Source: an uncultured Oceanibium sp.
GTDB lineage: Bacteria; Pseudomonadota; Alphaproteobacteria; Rhodobacterales; Rhodobacteraceae
DNA: 37,844 bases
NCBI GenBank assembly: GCA_964459085.1
Contig: CAYWND010000001.1
Coordinates: 1-37,844, forward strand
Reading direction: 5' to 3'
The notes below the pieces were generated by a model that was given only the letters and a program-made list of their open reading frames with translations, was not told where the DNA came from and made no database searches. This document shows, piece after piece, positions 1 through 7,700 of the stretch. The translations under genes were made by a program, and so were the position numbers. How positions within the stretch are numbered: the first letter of the stretch is position 1; each line of letters begins with the position of its first letter.

Positions 1-51
1 TGATCGTCCTGCAACCCGCTTAGCGAAGAACATCCGCAAAGGAAGACCCGC

Positions 52-357
52 ATGAGTACCTACGACCATATCATCGCATGGATCTACGCCACGATCGGCC
101 CGACCATTTTCGGCGCCTTTCTGGGTTCGCTTTCCATGACGATCTTCCGTCGCCATTCCTGGCGCGAGGCCGTGCCGTCGGTGATCGCGGCTTTGGCTCT
201 GGCCATGGTGTTCGGGCCGCTGCTGGCCGTGGGTGTATCCAAATGGACAGGCGTCGAGGGCGACGTCGCGCTTTCAGCCGCTGCTGCTGTGATCGCGCTC
301 CTGGGGCGCGATGGGGTCCTGGCGCTTGTCCACAAGTATATAGGGCTCAAGAAATGA
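52..357 (+). CDS. Putative holin (about 3 TM helices)
   Basis: 101 aa, three hydrophobic segments, basic C-terminus (GLKK), first gene upstream of the endolysin. Confidence 0.65.
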   Translation: MSTYDHIIAWIYATIGPTIFGAFLGSLSMTIFRRHSWREAVPSVIAALALAMVFGPLLAVGVSKWTGVEGDVALSAAAAVIALLGRDGVLALVHKYIGLKK

Positions 358-608
358 TCGAAATCCTGGTTGATGGATCTCGCCTGTTGCTGCTGGGGGC
401 CTCCCTCGCCGGCGTGATCGTATTGGCATCTGAGCGTCGCTTCGCAGCCATCTTTCATGCGGCGACGTTCCTCGGGCTTTTGGGGTTCCTGGTCTTCGGC
501 TTCCAGTCATCCGGAACCCCGGCCTTTGTCCTGCTGGCAAACATCGGCACGACCGGCGTCATCGGGTCGGTGCTCGCACAAGAGTTCAAGAAGGAGAGAC
601 TGAAATGA
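354..608 (+). CDS. Small membrane protein of the lysis cassette (second holin/antiholin candidate)
   Basis: ATG at 354 overlaps the previous stop (ATGA); MIEILVDGS..., 84 aa, about 3 hydrophobic segments, KKERLK tail; its stop overlaps the amidase start. Confidence 0.6.
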   Translation: MIEILVDGSRLLLLGASLAGVIVLASERRFAAIFHAATFLGLLGFLVFGFQSSGTPAFVLLANIGTTGVIGSVLAQEFKKERLK

Positions 609-1159
609 AGATCGCGATCGTCGTCGGGCACAACAGCGTTAGCAAGGGGGCATATCGATCGATCGACGGTGTGCCCGAATTCACCTGGAACGCTGATCTG
701 GCGGAAATGATCCGGGACCACGACCCGGCGCGCATCAAAGTGTTTCATCGCTTGCGGATCCGAGGCGGCTACAGCGCCGAGGTTGACCGCGTCTATGGCC
801 AGGTCAACGACTGGAATGCGACATGCTCGATCGAGCTGCACTTCAACGGGTTCGCCGGACCCGCAGAAGGGTGCCTTACGCTGAGCTCGGGCACGCCAAG
901 GTCGTTCGCTTTGGCACGCGAGGTCCAGCGTCGAATGCTCGCGGTGATGGGAAACGAAGATGATGGCATCGAGGTCCGTCGCCGTCACGATCGTGGCGGG
1001 CGTTCGCTCTGGCAGGGCAGATCGCCCGCGATCATGACCGAACCTTACTTCGCCGGGAACGACCGTTATTGCCAGATCGCGGACCACTACAAGGACGAGC
1101 TGGCCGAGGCCATCTATCGCGGCGCTGTTGCGTTTCACAAGAAGGAGGAGAGCAGATGA
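605..1159 (+). CDS. Endolysin, N-acetylmuramoyl-L-alanine amidase (Amidase_3)
   Basis: IAIVVGH...E...SIELHFNG...IMTEPYF zinc-amidase motifs; GGAGAG RBS; position after holin-like genes. Confidence 0.9.
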   Translation: MKIAIVVGHNSVSKGAYRSIDGVPEFTWNADLAEMIRDHDPARIKVFHRLRIRGGYSAEVDRVYGQVNDWNATCSIELHFNGFAGPAEGCLTLSSGTPRSFALAREVQRRMLAVMGNEDDGIEVRRRHDRGGRSLWQGRSPAIMTEPYFAGNDRYCQIADHYKDELAEAIYRGAVAFHKKEESR

Positions 1160-1644
1160 ACACGACTATCAATAAGGCCATCGTATCCATTATCGGGGGC
1201 ATTCTGACCTTGCTTGGGGAATTCGGGATTGATCCCAATATCCCCGATGGACTGGTGTCGGCCGCCGGCACGATGCTGACCGCTGTCTTTGTCTATTTGG
1301 TTCCGAACAAGAAGCCAGAGGAACCGCCCGCGACGACCATGTCGCCCTGGCCGATCGGGATCCTTGCCGGACTATTATTTTTCCTGGGCGCGTGTTCGAG
1401 CCTGGAAGATCTGACGCCCGACGAACAGGCGTTGGTCGAGCAGGAGATCGCGTTTGCCGTAGGGGAGATCCAGGAGGTCACCGACGGAGCGGTTTCGCTG
1501 GGGCCGAAAGGGAGAAGGAACCTGCGGATCGCCTGTTCGGTCACCCGGACCGGCGCCATCCTGACTGGCAACGTCGCGGTTCTGGAGCCGATCAGCACTG
1601 CCTGCGACTTCGCGGATCTGTTTGACGATACAAAAGTCCCCTAG
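1156..1644 (+). CDS. Lysis-associated membrane protein with internal lipobox (holin-like N-terminus + lipoprotein-like C-terminus)
   Basis: Strong AGGAGGAG RBS, ATG 1156; two N-terminal TM segments; later GILAGLLFFLGAC with Cys80. Confidence 0.6.
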   Translation: MNTTINKAIVSIIGGILTLLGEFGIDPNIPDGLVSAAGTMLTAVFVYLVPNKKPEEPPATTMSPWPIGILAGLLFFLGACSSLEDLTPDEQALVEQEIAFAVGEIQEVTDGAVSLGPKGRRNLRIACSVTRTGAILTGNVAVLEPISTACDFADLFDDTKVP

Positions 1645-1699
1645 CTCACTACGGTGTAATGAAATTTTGCTAACTCGTTGAAATTACTCGTCTTGATCT

Positions 1700-1747
1700 T
1701 GACTTCTAATCAGCAGGCTGAGGGTTCGAGTCCTTCCGGGGTCGCCA
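1700..1747 (+). other. attP core: 3' half of tRNA-Arg(UCU)
   Basis: TGA-CTTCTAA-TCA anticodon arm (TCT), GAGGG-TTCGAGT-CCTTC T-arm, ends GTCGCCA; no 5' acceptor/D-arm upstream; tyrosine integrase encoded in the same genome. Confidence 0.88.
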
Positions 1748-1775
1748 CCTTTACAACGGGTTAGCTTCTTTTTGG

Positions 1776-1816
1776 GTCCGACGTCCGACTGCCGTCCGAC
1801 TGCGTCCGAGTCGGAC
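1776..1816. repeat. Cluster of GTCCGAC repeats next to attP (candidate integrase arm-type sites)
   Basis: GTCCGAC at 1776, 1783, 1794; GTCCGAG at 1804; inverted GTCGGAC at 1810; IHF-like motifs at 1671-1683 and 1751-1763 flank the core. Confidence 0.7.
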
Positions 1817-1880
1817 GCTGTCACTGGCCTGATCTGCAGTAGCTGGGCGAGTTTCGCCTGAGATAGGTAGCCTGGAGGGA

Positions 1881-2117
1881 TCATTGGGCTGCCTCGTCTG
1901 CCGCAACCACCACGTCATAGGCCACCCGGTACTGCATTCGGTTGTAGAGGGCGCATAACAGTTTTCGCATCGGCAGATCTGCAAGGGTTTCTTTGACGAT
2001 CTCTGGACGCTCGCCGCGATTATAGTTGCGCTTGCGAAATGCCCGTGCTTCCGACAGCGTTGGGAATGCGTTCTTCTCGCCCAGGTAGGTGTCTCTGATA
2101 GTGTAAATAACCGGCAT
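1881..2117 (-). CDS. Hypothetical phage protein
   Basis: Last ORF of the leftward operon; GGGGA RBS before ATG 2117 (alternative TTG 2138). Confidence 0.6.
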   Translation of the reverse strand: MPVIYTIRDTYLGEKNAFPTLSEARAFRKRNYNRGERPEIVKETLADLPMRKLLCALYNRMQYRVAYDVVVAADEAAQ

Positions 2118-2134
2118 CTTGGCGTCCCCTAAAT

Positions 2135-2503
2135 TCAATCTCTATCCCTACACGCTTCGCCGAAGGCGGCGCCGCAGACCATGCATTCCATATTTTGGGG
2201 ATCCCCGTCGCCACTCTCACAGCGTTTGCGGTGAAACCAAGGGTCGTACTCAGCCAGCGGCCCTTTTTCATCCTTGTCGCTAGTGATGCGCCATCCCTCC
2301 TGGGCCACGGTCTCCGAGATCGGAACCTGCCCAAACCTGGTCGGCCGACCCTTTGACTGATCTAGCAAGTGCGAGTTGGCACTCATCTCAATCATTAGGT
2401 CATTCAGCCGATCTGGGTGGATGATCAGGCGCAGGTCATCAAAGTTTTCGCCGGCCTCCTGCTGGTGCATAATCTCCGTGCAAATGTCTTCGTACATCGA
2501 CAT
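2135..2503 (-). CDS. Hypothetical protein with C-terminal Cys motif (C..CMVC..C)
   Basis: GGAGG RBS before ATG 2503 (MSMYEDIC); tightly packed in operon. Confidence 0.6.
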   Translation of the reverse strand: MSMYEDICTEIMHQQEAGENFDDLRLIIHPDRLNDLMIEMSANSHLLDQSKGRPTRFGQVPISETVAQEGWRITSDKDEKGPLAEYDPWFHRKRCESGDGDPQNMECMVCGAAFGEACRDRD

Positions 2504-2508
2504 TCGTT

Positions 2509-2751
2509 TCAGGCCTCCTCTTGCTCCTTCGCCTTCGTTATATCCACGCGAATGATCTTTCCTGCGCCGCCCGTGGCGTTCAGAAACATCCGTTCGATGT
2601 CTTCTTTGCTCATGCCTCTGGTCGGGATCACGTTGTTGTATGTCGCAACAGCAATCGCATTGACCTTCGCGCCGATCTCGGTCGGGCAAACCGTCCCAAC
2701 CACGATCTGGCCTTCATCATCAGCGTAAGCGTATCCGGTTGCTGATTTCAT
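2509..2751 (-). CDS. Hypothetical phage protein
   Basis: ATG 2751 (MKSATGY) overlaps the stop of the upstream gene (ATGA coupling). Confidence 0.6.
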   Translation of the reverse strand: MKSATGYAYADDEGQIVVGTVCPTEIGAKVNAIAVATYNNVIPTRGMSKEDIERMFLNATGGAGKIIRVDITKAKEQEEA

Positions 2752-3065
2752 GGCCGGAACGCCCGCTTTTTCTTGAGGCTGGGCAGCCCTTTGGTGTCGT
2801 CGCGGATCAGCCCACCTTTCTCGAGATGCTGCTGAATGCCTGGTGGGAACCTCCCCCACGTCGATTTCTTCGGCCGGATCCAGCGCACAGCTGGTGTTCC
2901 GAGCAGCTGCTGGGGGATGTTGTACATCATGGATTTTGCCAGCGCCCCACAGTTCAGGCATCCGGTCATGAAAGGCGTAACGCCTTCTTCGCAATCCAGG
3001 GTCACAAAGCCGTGTCCGCAGTGCTCGCAGATGTAAACGTTCTTCTTGCCATTAAACCCCTGCAT
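2748..3065 (-). CDS. Zinc-ribbon protein
   Basis: CEHC...CLNC pairs; coupled overlaps with both neighbours. Confidence 0.65.
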   Translation of the reverse strand: MQGFNGKKNVYICEHCGHGFVTLDCEEGVTPFMTGCLNCGALAKSMMYNIPQQLLGTPAVRWIRPKKSTWGRFPPGIQQHLEKGGLIRDDTKGLPSLKKKRAFRP

Positions 3066-3360
3066 CGCGCGCCTCCGCCCGCTTTGCCCGGCGATCCATC
3101 CGCTCGATCTCGGCGACGATCAGCGCCCCTGCGCGAATCAGATCCCGCCGTCGGGTCTTTGGCTTCCACCAGGCGTACCTGTCCCAGCTGGCCGGAAAGA
3201 TGTATTCGAGCAAGTTCACCGAGTGACGGGGCGGCATCGCGTACAGCGCAGCGACTGTGGCCATTTCTCCACGGATGTGCTGATCGTCATGGTCTGTCGT
3301 CCAGCCTTCCTCCTGGATCTGCCGGCGTCGTTCCGCGGCGATTTCGTCGATTGGTGTCAA
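3052..3360 (-). CDS. Conserved phage accessory protein
   Basis: IAAERRRQ..EGWT..HDD..H...WWKP...RRDLIRAGALIVAEIER pattern seen in many temperate-phage early genes. Confidence 0.7.
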   Translation of the reverse strand: MTPIDEIAAERRRQIQEEGWTTDHDDQHIRGEMATVAALYAMPPRHSVNLLEYIFPASWDRYAWWKPKTRRRDLIRAGALIVAEIERMDRRAKRAEARDAGV

Positions 3361-3662
3361 GTACTACTCTCCTCTACTCGGCCGCTATATGCCGCCATCA
3401 CCATTTTTGCTGTCACGCCAAAGCGCGCGCCGGTTTCGGTCCTTGTCACGACCACTGTTCCTCGGTCGGTATGTTGGTGGACGGTTCCGGTGTGAACCTG
3501 GTCGCCGGAATAGACCCACTTGATCGTCGAGCCCGAGGGGAACGCAGCGGCAAGGGCGCCCGCGATGTCCCGTTCAGCGTCCAGCTTCGCGTGCACGGCA
3601 TTGTCCCAATCGGCGATCGCGTCTCGCAGCTGCGTCAGCTTCGCGTCGATCGATGTCTGCAT
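3357..3662 (-). CDS. Hypothetical phage protein
   Basis: AAGGA RBS; 101 aa; stop overlaps next start. Confidence 0.6.
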   Translation of the reverse strand: MQTSIDAKLTQLRDAIADWDNAVHAKLDAERDIAGALAAAFPSGSTIKWVYSGDQVHTGTVHQHTDRGTVVVTRTETGARFGVTAKMVMAAYSGRVEESST

Positions 3663-3819
3663 CGATCCATTCCTTTCCTTCTGAAACCGTGGCCACCTCA
3701 GCCACCTTGATGCCGTCGTCGATCACGACCCAGCGGCCCTTGCGCTCGCAATCGGGGTCGATGAAGTACCCGCGGTACTCCCAGCTGCCCATGGCCGCTT
3801 TGTGCGCTGTGTGCTTCAT
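3574..3819 (-). CDS. Hypothetical phage protein
   Basis: ATGA coupling with upstream gene; plausible composition, although it overlaps the next gene by 89 nt. Confidence 0.5.
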   Translation of the reverse strand: MKHTAHKAAMGSWEYRGYFIDPDCERKGRWVVIDDGIKVAEVATVSEGKEWIDADIDRREADAAARRDRRLGQCRAREAGR

Positions 3820-4184
3820 CGTGTGGTCCAGATCGCCAGGGCGTCTGCGTTTTTCTCAGCCGAGCTTTGGAGGCGCATGCGGCGGCGGGCATCCGGATCG
3901 GGTGTTTCCCCCTCTATGAGCGCGTCGCATCCATAGCCTGCTCCAACCAGGTGGGCTGCCGCATTTCGTGCGGCGTTGACGCCGTGCTTGCCGGTGACTT
4001 CTGGCGCGAACCTTTCGGGATCGGCGACCATTCCGCATTTGTGGCCCGGCCGTGCCGGGAGTAGCGCCGGACACGGTCCGTCCGGACCACGTCCCAGCAC
4101 CATTTGTCCTAGCGGGCAAATCTGATCCATGCAGCAGAGCCCGCAATTGTTGCAGGGGCTGCCGTATGGTGGCTTCACGATCAT
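3816..4184 (-). CDS. Cys-rich protein (CxxCxxCC, zinc/Fe-S binding, YkgJ-like)
   Basis: MIVKPPYGSPCNNCGLCCMDQIC...CPAL...C; ATG 4184 overlaps the integrase stop. Confidence 0.65.
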   Translation of the reverse strand: MIVKPPYGSPCNNCGLCCMDQICPLGQMVLGRGPDGPCPALLPARPGHKCGMVADPERFAPEVTGKHGVNAARNAAAHLVGAGYGCDALIEGETPDPDARRRMRLQSSAEKNADALAIWTTR

Positions 4185-5311
4185 CCTGCCCCCCGCTTTT
4201 TCGGCCGCTGCACGGCATCGATCGCCCAATCGGCTGTCTCGGCCGTGGGCGGGTTGTAGACCTGGCTTAGCTCGTCGCTGCGGTCAGAGATGTTGCCGAG
4301 CGCGTCGGCCCGGGCGCGCGCGTCAGCGCCGCCCAGACGGGCGTTGTGGCTGAATGTGCGTCGGAGATCCCGAAACTGCGCCGAGGCTGCTGACGGGCGC
4401 TGTGCGGCCGCCTGTGCGCGCACCTGGCCATACGCCTTGGCGAACATATCCGCGGTATAGGGCCGGCCGGTCCGCTCATAGAGCAGCAGCCAATCCTCGC
4501 CTTCGGCGGGGACGCGCTCGACAAACTGGCGGATCACCAGGAGCGTTTCGTCGCGCAGCTTGAGGTTCATGACCGTGCCGCGTTTCGACTGCTGGAAGAT
4601 CCAGCGGCCTGGCACCCTGTGGAAGTCGCGGATCCGCGCGCTGATGATGTCTTCTTTGCGCTGGCCCTGGAACATTGCCAGCATCAGGCCGGCGTGGACC
4701 GAGGGCAGCTGCAGATCGATCGCGGCGCGCTCGAGGGCGTCGAATTCTTCCCAGCTGACCAGGCGCTGCCGACGTGGCGGGCTCTGGACCCGGACCGCCT
4801 GGCAGGGATTGGCCTCGATCCATTCGCGGCGGGCGGCATAACTCAGCAGGATCGACATGTGCCGAAGCCGCGCGGACGCCACAAACAGCGAGTGTTCGCG
4901 GTACAGGCTTTCATACCATTCCACCATCATCCCGCGGGTCAGGTCGATCACCAGGGCGTCGCCCCACTTGTCATCGATCTGTTTGAAGAACCCGCGATAG
5001 GTGCGTTTGGTGTTTGGTTTCAGCTTCGCGAAGTCCGGGCTGGCAGTGAACAGGTCGATCAGCGCGGAAATGGTACGGCCGCCTGGGCGCGACGCTTTGA
5101 CGGTCTCGCCGTCCCTCGCCAGCGCCACACGCTTGTTCAGCTTTTCGGCTTCGCGTAGCGACCAGGTCGGCTTGCTTGGGGCCAGCTCGACCGGCTCGAA
5201 CCCCAGGGCGCGCACGGCGGTTTCGGGTTCCCACCAGATCCGCCAGGTGCCGTTCTTGCGTCGCCTTTGGCGCAGCCGCGGGATCTTGTCGCTGATCGGT
5301 GGCCGGCTCAT
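4181..5311 (-). CDS. int: Tyrosine recombinase / phage integrase
   Basis: 376 aa; N-terminal arm-binding-like basic beta region, WIEANPC, GQRKEDI (R), QSKRG (K), FRDLRRT, LGN, QVY (Y). Confidence 0.92.
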   Translation of the reverse strand: MSRPPISDKIPRLRQRRRKNGTWRIWWEPETAVRALGFEPVELAPSKPTWSLREAEKLNKRVALARDGETVKASRPGGRTISALIDLFTASPDFAKLKPNTKRTYRGFFKQIDDKWGDALVIDLTRGMMVEWYESLYREHSLFVASARLRHMSILLSYAARREWIEANPCQAVRVQSPPRRQRLVSWEEFDALERAAIDLQLPSVHAGLMLAMFQGQRKEDIISARIRDFHRVPGRWIFQQSKRGTVMNLKLRDETLLVIRQFVERVPAEGEDWLLLYERTGRPYTADMFAKAYGQVRAQAAAQRPSAASAQFRDLRRTFSHNARLGGADARARADALGNISDRSDELSQVYNPPTAETADWAIDAVQRPKKRGAG

Positions 5312-5598
5312 GCGGATTGCGCCCGCTTCATCAAGGCGGCGCGCCGCGCGGAGGCCTCGGCCGAGGTGCTGGCCATGGCCTCGGGCGCCTGATCGTCAGT
5401 CTGATAGCCGCTGAGATTGTCGCGCCAGCGGGTTACTTCATCCCGGCGCCAATAACGGGCCTGGCGCATCAGCGGAACCGGTGGCGGGAAGCCGTGTTCC
5501 GTCTCGAGGCGATGGCGCTGGCGGGAAAACTCGAGCGGGTCGCCGTATCCGAGTTCTTTCGCGACCTGGTCGCGTGTGATGAAAATGCTATCGGACAT
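5308..5598 (-). CDS. AlpA-like / excisionase winged-helix protein
   Basis: FITRDQVAKELG...HGFPPPVP...RYWRRDEVTRW pattern; translationally coupled upstream of int. Confidence 0.75.
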   Translation of the reverse strand: MSDSIFITRDQVAKELGYGDPLEFSRQRHRLETEHGFPPPVPLMRQARYWRRDEVTRWRDNLSGYQTDDQAPEAMASTSAEASARRAALMKRAQSA

Positions 5599-5610
5599 GG
5601 AGAGATCTTT

Positions 5611-6435
5611 CTATGACTTGCTGCAGCCGACACACATCGGCATGAAAAGGTCCGGTTGTTTAGGGTTCTTACGAGGCGCTGATTGGCCCCAGCCAAAGCC
5701 GTGCAGGCTGAATGCTTCCGCCTCGAGATCGTCCAGGCGCTTACCCCAACCGGGGTCGTAGGCCGCCGCCTCAAGTCTCTCAGCAGCAGTCTGCATGGTG
5801 CCACACATGCATTCACCGGATCGACACAAAGCCTGGGCAACTGGACTGAGCGGCACGTTGCGCGTGCGCAAGTATTCGTCGCGCATTTCTGCCGACCAAT
5901 CGTGCATCAGGTTGAACCAGATATTCATTGGCGCGGCAGGATCTTGTCTGGCGCGGCGCAGGTGTGTTTTCCGGTTGGTGCTCTCGGCTTTGAATGCGCC
6001 GTTCAATAGCAGCACTGGCGTATTACGCTTGCCCCTTCTTAGCTCAGACGAGATCACCTTGCGAAAGGGCTGTGCTTTTAGGATGCGGTAGGCAAAACTG
6101 TGCGCGTCGATGCCCTTTCCGAAGAAGCCTTTGCGCAGCACGTAGTCCTGATATGCGTCGCCCGCGTCGGCAACAGCCAGCGGGGCGTCAGTGCCATAAT
6201 TTGCTGTAACGTAGTCCGTCGCTCCTTGCAGGCCGCAGCCAGTTCTCCCGTGGATTGTTAGTGTGATAGGAAGGCCAAGCTCCAATGCTAGAGCGTGACA
6301 AGCGGCACTATCATGCCCGCCCGAAACCATCGTTACGATTGCCTTTGGCTGATACCATTCAATCGCAGTTCGCGCGTAGAACGCTGATTGCGAGATCGCT
6401 TGTTCGAGCGTGTCTGGCGGACGGTCAAAGTTCAT
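5611..6435 (-). CDS. PAPS reductase family (adenine nucleotide alpha-hydrolase) protein
   Basis: PP-loop VSGGHDS, HDWS...YL, RSGECMC and terminal CVGC cysteines. Confidence 0.8.
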   Translation of the reverse strand: MNFDRPPDTLEQAISQSAFYARTAIEWYQPKAIVTMVSGGHDSAACHALALELGLPITLTIHGRTGCGLQGATDYVTANYGTDAPLAVADAGDAYQDYVLRKGFFGKGIDAHSFAYRILKAQPFRKVISSELRRGKRNTPVLLLNGAFKAESTNRKTHLRRARQDPAAPMNIWFNLMHDWSAEMRDEYLRTRNVPLSPVAQALCRSGECMCGTMQTAAERLEAAAYDPGWGKRLDDLEAEAFSLHGFGWGQSAPRKNPKQPDLFMPMCVGCSKS

Positions 6436-6453
6436 TCATACGACCCCAAGTTG

Positions 6454-6533
6454 GCGCACGGGCTGCCGTCGTGCGCTGATGTCTGAGGATGGCCGGCGCG
6501 TCAGTGTGGCAAGAGAGACGGGCAGCCGCCGGC
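6454..6533. ncRNA. Candidate structured RNA element (two hairpins with bulge-loop pseudoknot)
   Basis: Stem 6454-6460/6470-6476; stem 6492-6502/6517-6533 with 6-nt bulge GGCAGC complementary to loop GCTGCC (6462-6467). Confidence 0.45.
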
Positions 6534-6541
6534 GTTCGAAT

Positions 6542-6772
6542 TCAGATCTTTGGGGCCGCGTCCATCAGGCTGCGGGCCAGATCGACCATCAGCTCGCCGC
6601 GATGTTGCATTTCGGAATGGAACGTCGCGCCTCGATGTGGAGGGCGGGGTGTCATACGCCCGGCGTGGATCATCGCCAGGCCAGCTTGTGCGACCTGGGC
6701 GCACGCGAGGTTGTAGCCCCGCAGCTCGGCAGCGGTCATGCCCTGGAGCATGTCGAGTTCTGTGCGGCTCAT
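6542..6772 (-). CDS. Hypothetical phage protein
   Basis: GGAGGGG RBS, ATGA coupling, 76 aa. Confidence 0.6.
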   Translation of the reverse strand: MSRTELDMLQGMTAAELRGYNLACAQVAQAGLAMIHAGRMTPRPPHRGATFHSEMQHRGELMVDLARSLMDAAPKI

Positions 6773-7044
6773 GATGCCCCTCCACCGAAATCGATCTGGA
6801 GCACATTCGGTCCGGAAATTTCAGGCGGAAGTGCGCCGTTCTCGAGGACCTCGCGCACATAGCGCCGCAGCGCCAGCAATTCCTCCATCAGAGGTGCGCC
6901 GCACATGAAAACCAGTCGGGCACCTTCATCAGTAAGGCGCCCGTACCTGGCCTCGAGGAAAATTTCGAACAGGTGCTCGACATCGCAATCCGTGATTTCC
7001 GATGTGTGGGCGGCAGGTGGCGGATCCTTCTTTGCGGCCATCAT
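6769..7044 (-). CDS. Hypothetical phage protein
   Basis: MMAAKKDPP start at 7044 overlaps the upstream stop. Confidence 0.6.
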   Translation of the reverse strand: MMAAKKDPPPAAHTSEITDCDVEHLFEIFLEARYGRLTDEGARLVFMCGAPLMEELLALRRYVREVLENGALPPEISGPNVLQIDFGGGAS

Positions 7045-7418
7045 GCGGCAGCCCCAGTATTCGCTTCTGCGGAAAGGGCTGACTGAAACAGGGCGCGCCG
7101 CGCGGCAGCATCCATGCGCGATATGCGCCGCGCGGCGGCCAGGCACTCCCGGTCGAGTGTGGCAAGTTCAGGGGGTAGGTAGCGGTTTTCGCCCACGATC
7201 CCGTCGAACATGACGCGGATGTCGAGATCTAGATAGATCGCGGCACGGACTATCTGTGCCGCTGTGAAATCAATCGCGTCTTCGGGCAGGTACCTAAGCG
7301 GTTGCGGGATGTCCAGTGCGACGTAGAAGTCCTGCCGGTTTCGCCCTAACAGCTCGCGCAAGGTCCCCAATCTGCGACCAATTGCGCGTGACAAGGCATG
7401 TTTCGAATGGGTTTGCAT
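7041..7418 (-). CDS. XRE-like HTH protein, first gene of the early-left transcript
   Basis: GGAG RBS before ATG 7418; IGRRLGTLRELLGRNRQDFYVALDI resembles XRE helices 1-2. Confidence 0.6.
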   Translation of the reverse strand: MQTHSKHALSRAIGRRLGTLRELLGRNRQDFYVALDIPQPLRYLPEDAIDFTAAQIVRAAIYLDLDIRVMFDGIVGENRYLPPELATLDRECLAAARRISRMDAAARRALFQSALSAEANTGAAA

Positions 7419-7444
7419 CACGGTTCTCCATTGCTTCACATGGA

Positions 7445-7479
7445 ACAATGGTACCGTTTATCGGTATCGTCAAGCGGTA
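7445..7479 (-). promoter_or_regulatory. Leftward early promoter (PL-like) with two repressor operators
   Basis: Minus-strand TTGACG (7473-7468)-N17-CATTGT (7450-7445); inverted repeats TACCG-TTTAT-CGGTA (7452-7466) and TATCG-TCAAG-CGGTA (7465-7479). Confidence 0.7.
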
Positions 7480-7490
7480 TGCGCTAAATT

Positions 7491-7700
7491 TTAGCTATCC
7501 TTGAGCAGTAAGACCAGCAGTCGCTTTCCAAGATAGGTGTAGATAAACTGCCCGGCGATCGCGACACCAAGGGTCAGCTCATTCACCTCGAGGCTGGGCA
7601 GGGCCACCTTTGTGGTGACATATATCAGCGGAATGTAACTCAGCCAGATCCAGATCGCGGCGCGGTCGGCAAGCTCATAATTGGTCGTGTTCTTCGACAT
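7491..7700 (-). CDS. Small two-TM membrane protein downstream of cI (superinfection exclusion candidate)
   Basis: GGAGGG RBS, ATG 7700, 69 aa, two hydrophobic helices; overlaps the cI 3' end. Confidence 0.6.
   Translation of the reverse strand: MSKNTTNYELADRAAIWIWLSYIPLIYVTTKVALPSLEVNELTLGVAIAGQFIYTYLGKRLLVLLLKDS

Noticed and set aside
1671-1747. Complete tRNA-Arg gene
   Set aside because: Only the anticodon arm through CCA is present; the upstream sequence cannot form the acceptor 5' strand or D-arm, so it is treated as an att core
6483-6540. Hammerhead or HDV-like ribozyme (CTGAGGA; GGCCGGC start)
   Set aside because: No correctly placed GAAA core or HDV P3/L3 elements could be built; kept only as an unclassified structure
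7423-7437. Alphaproteobacterial LexA box (GTTC-N7-GTTC)
   Set aside because: Reads GTTC-N7-CTTC; a mismatch in so short a motif is not distinguishable from chance
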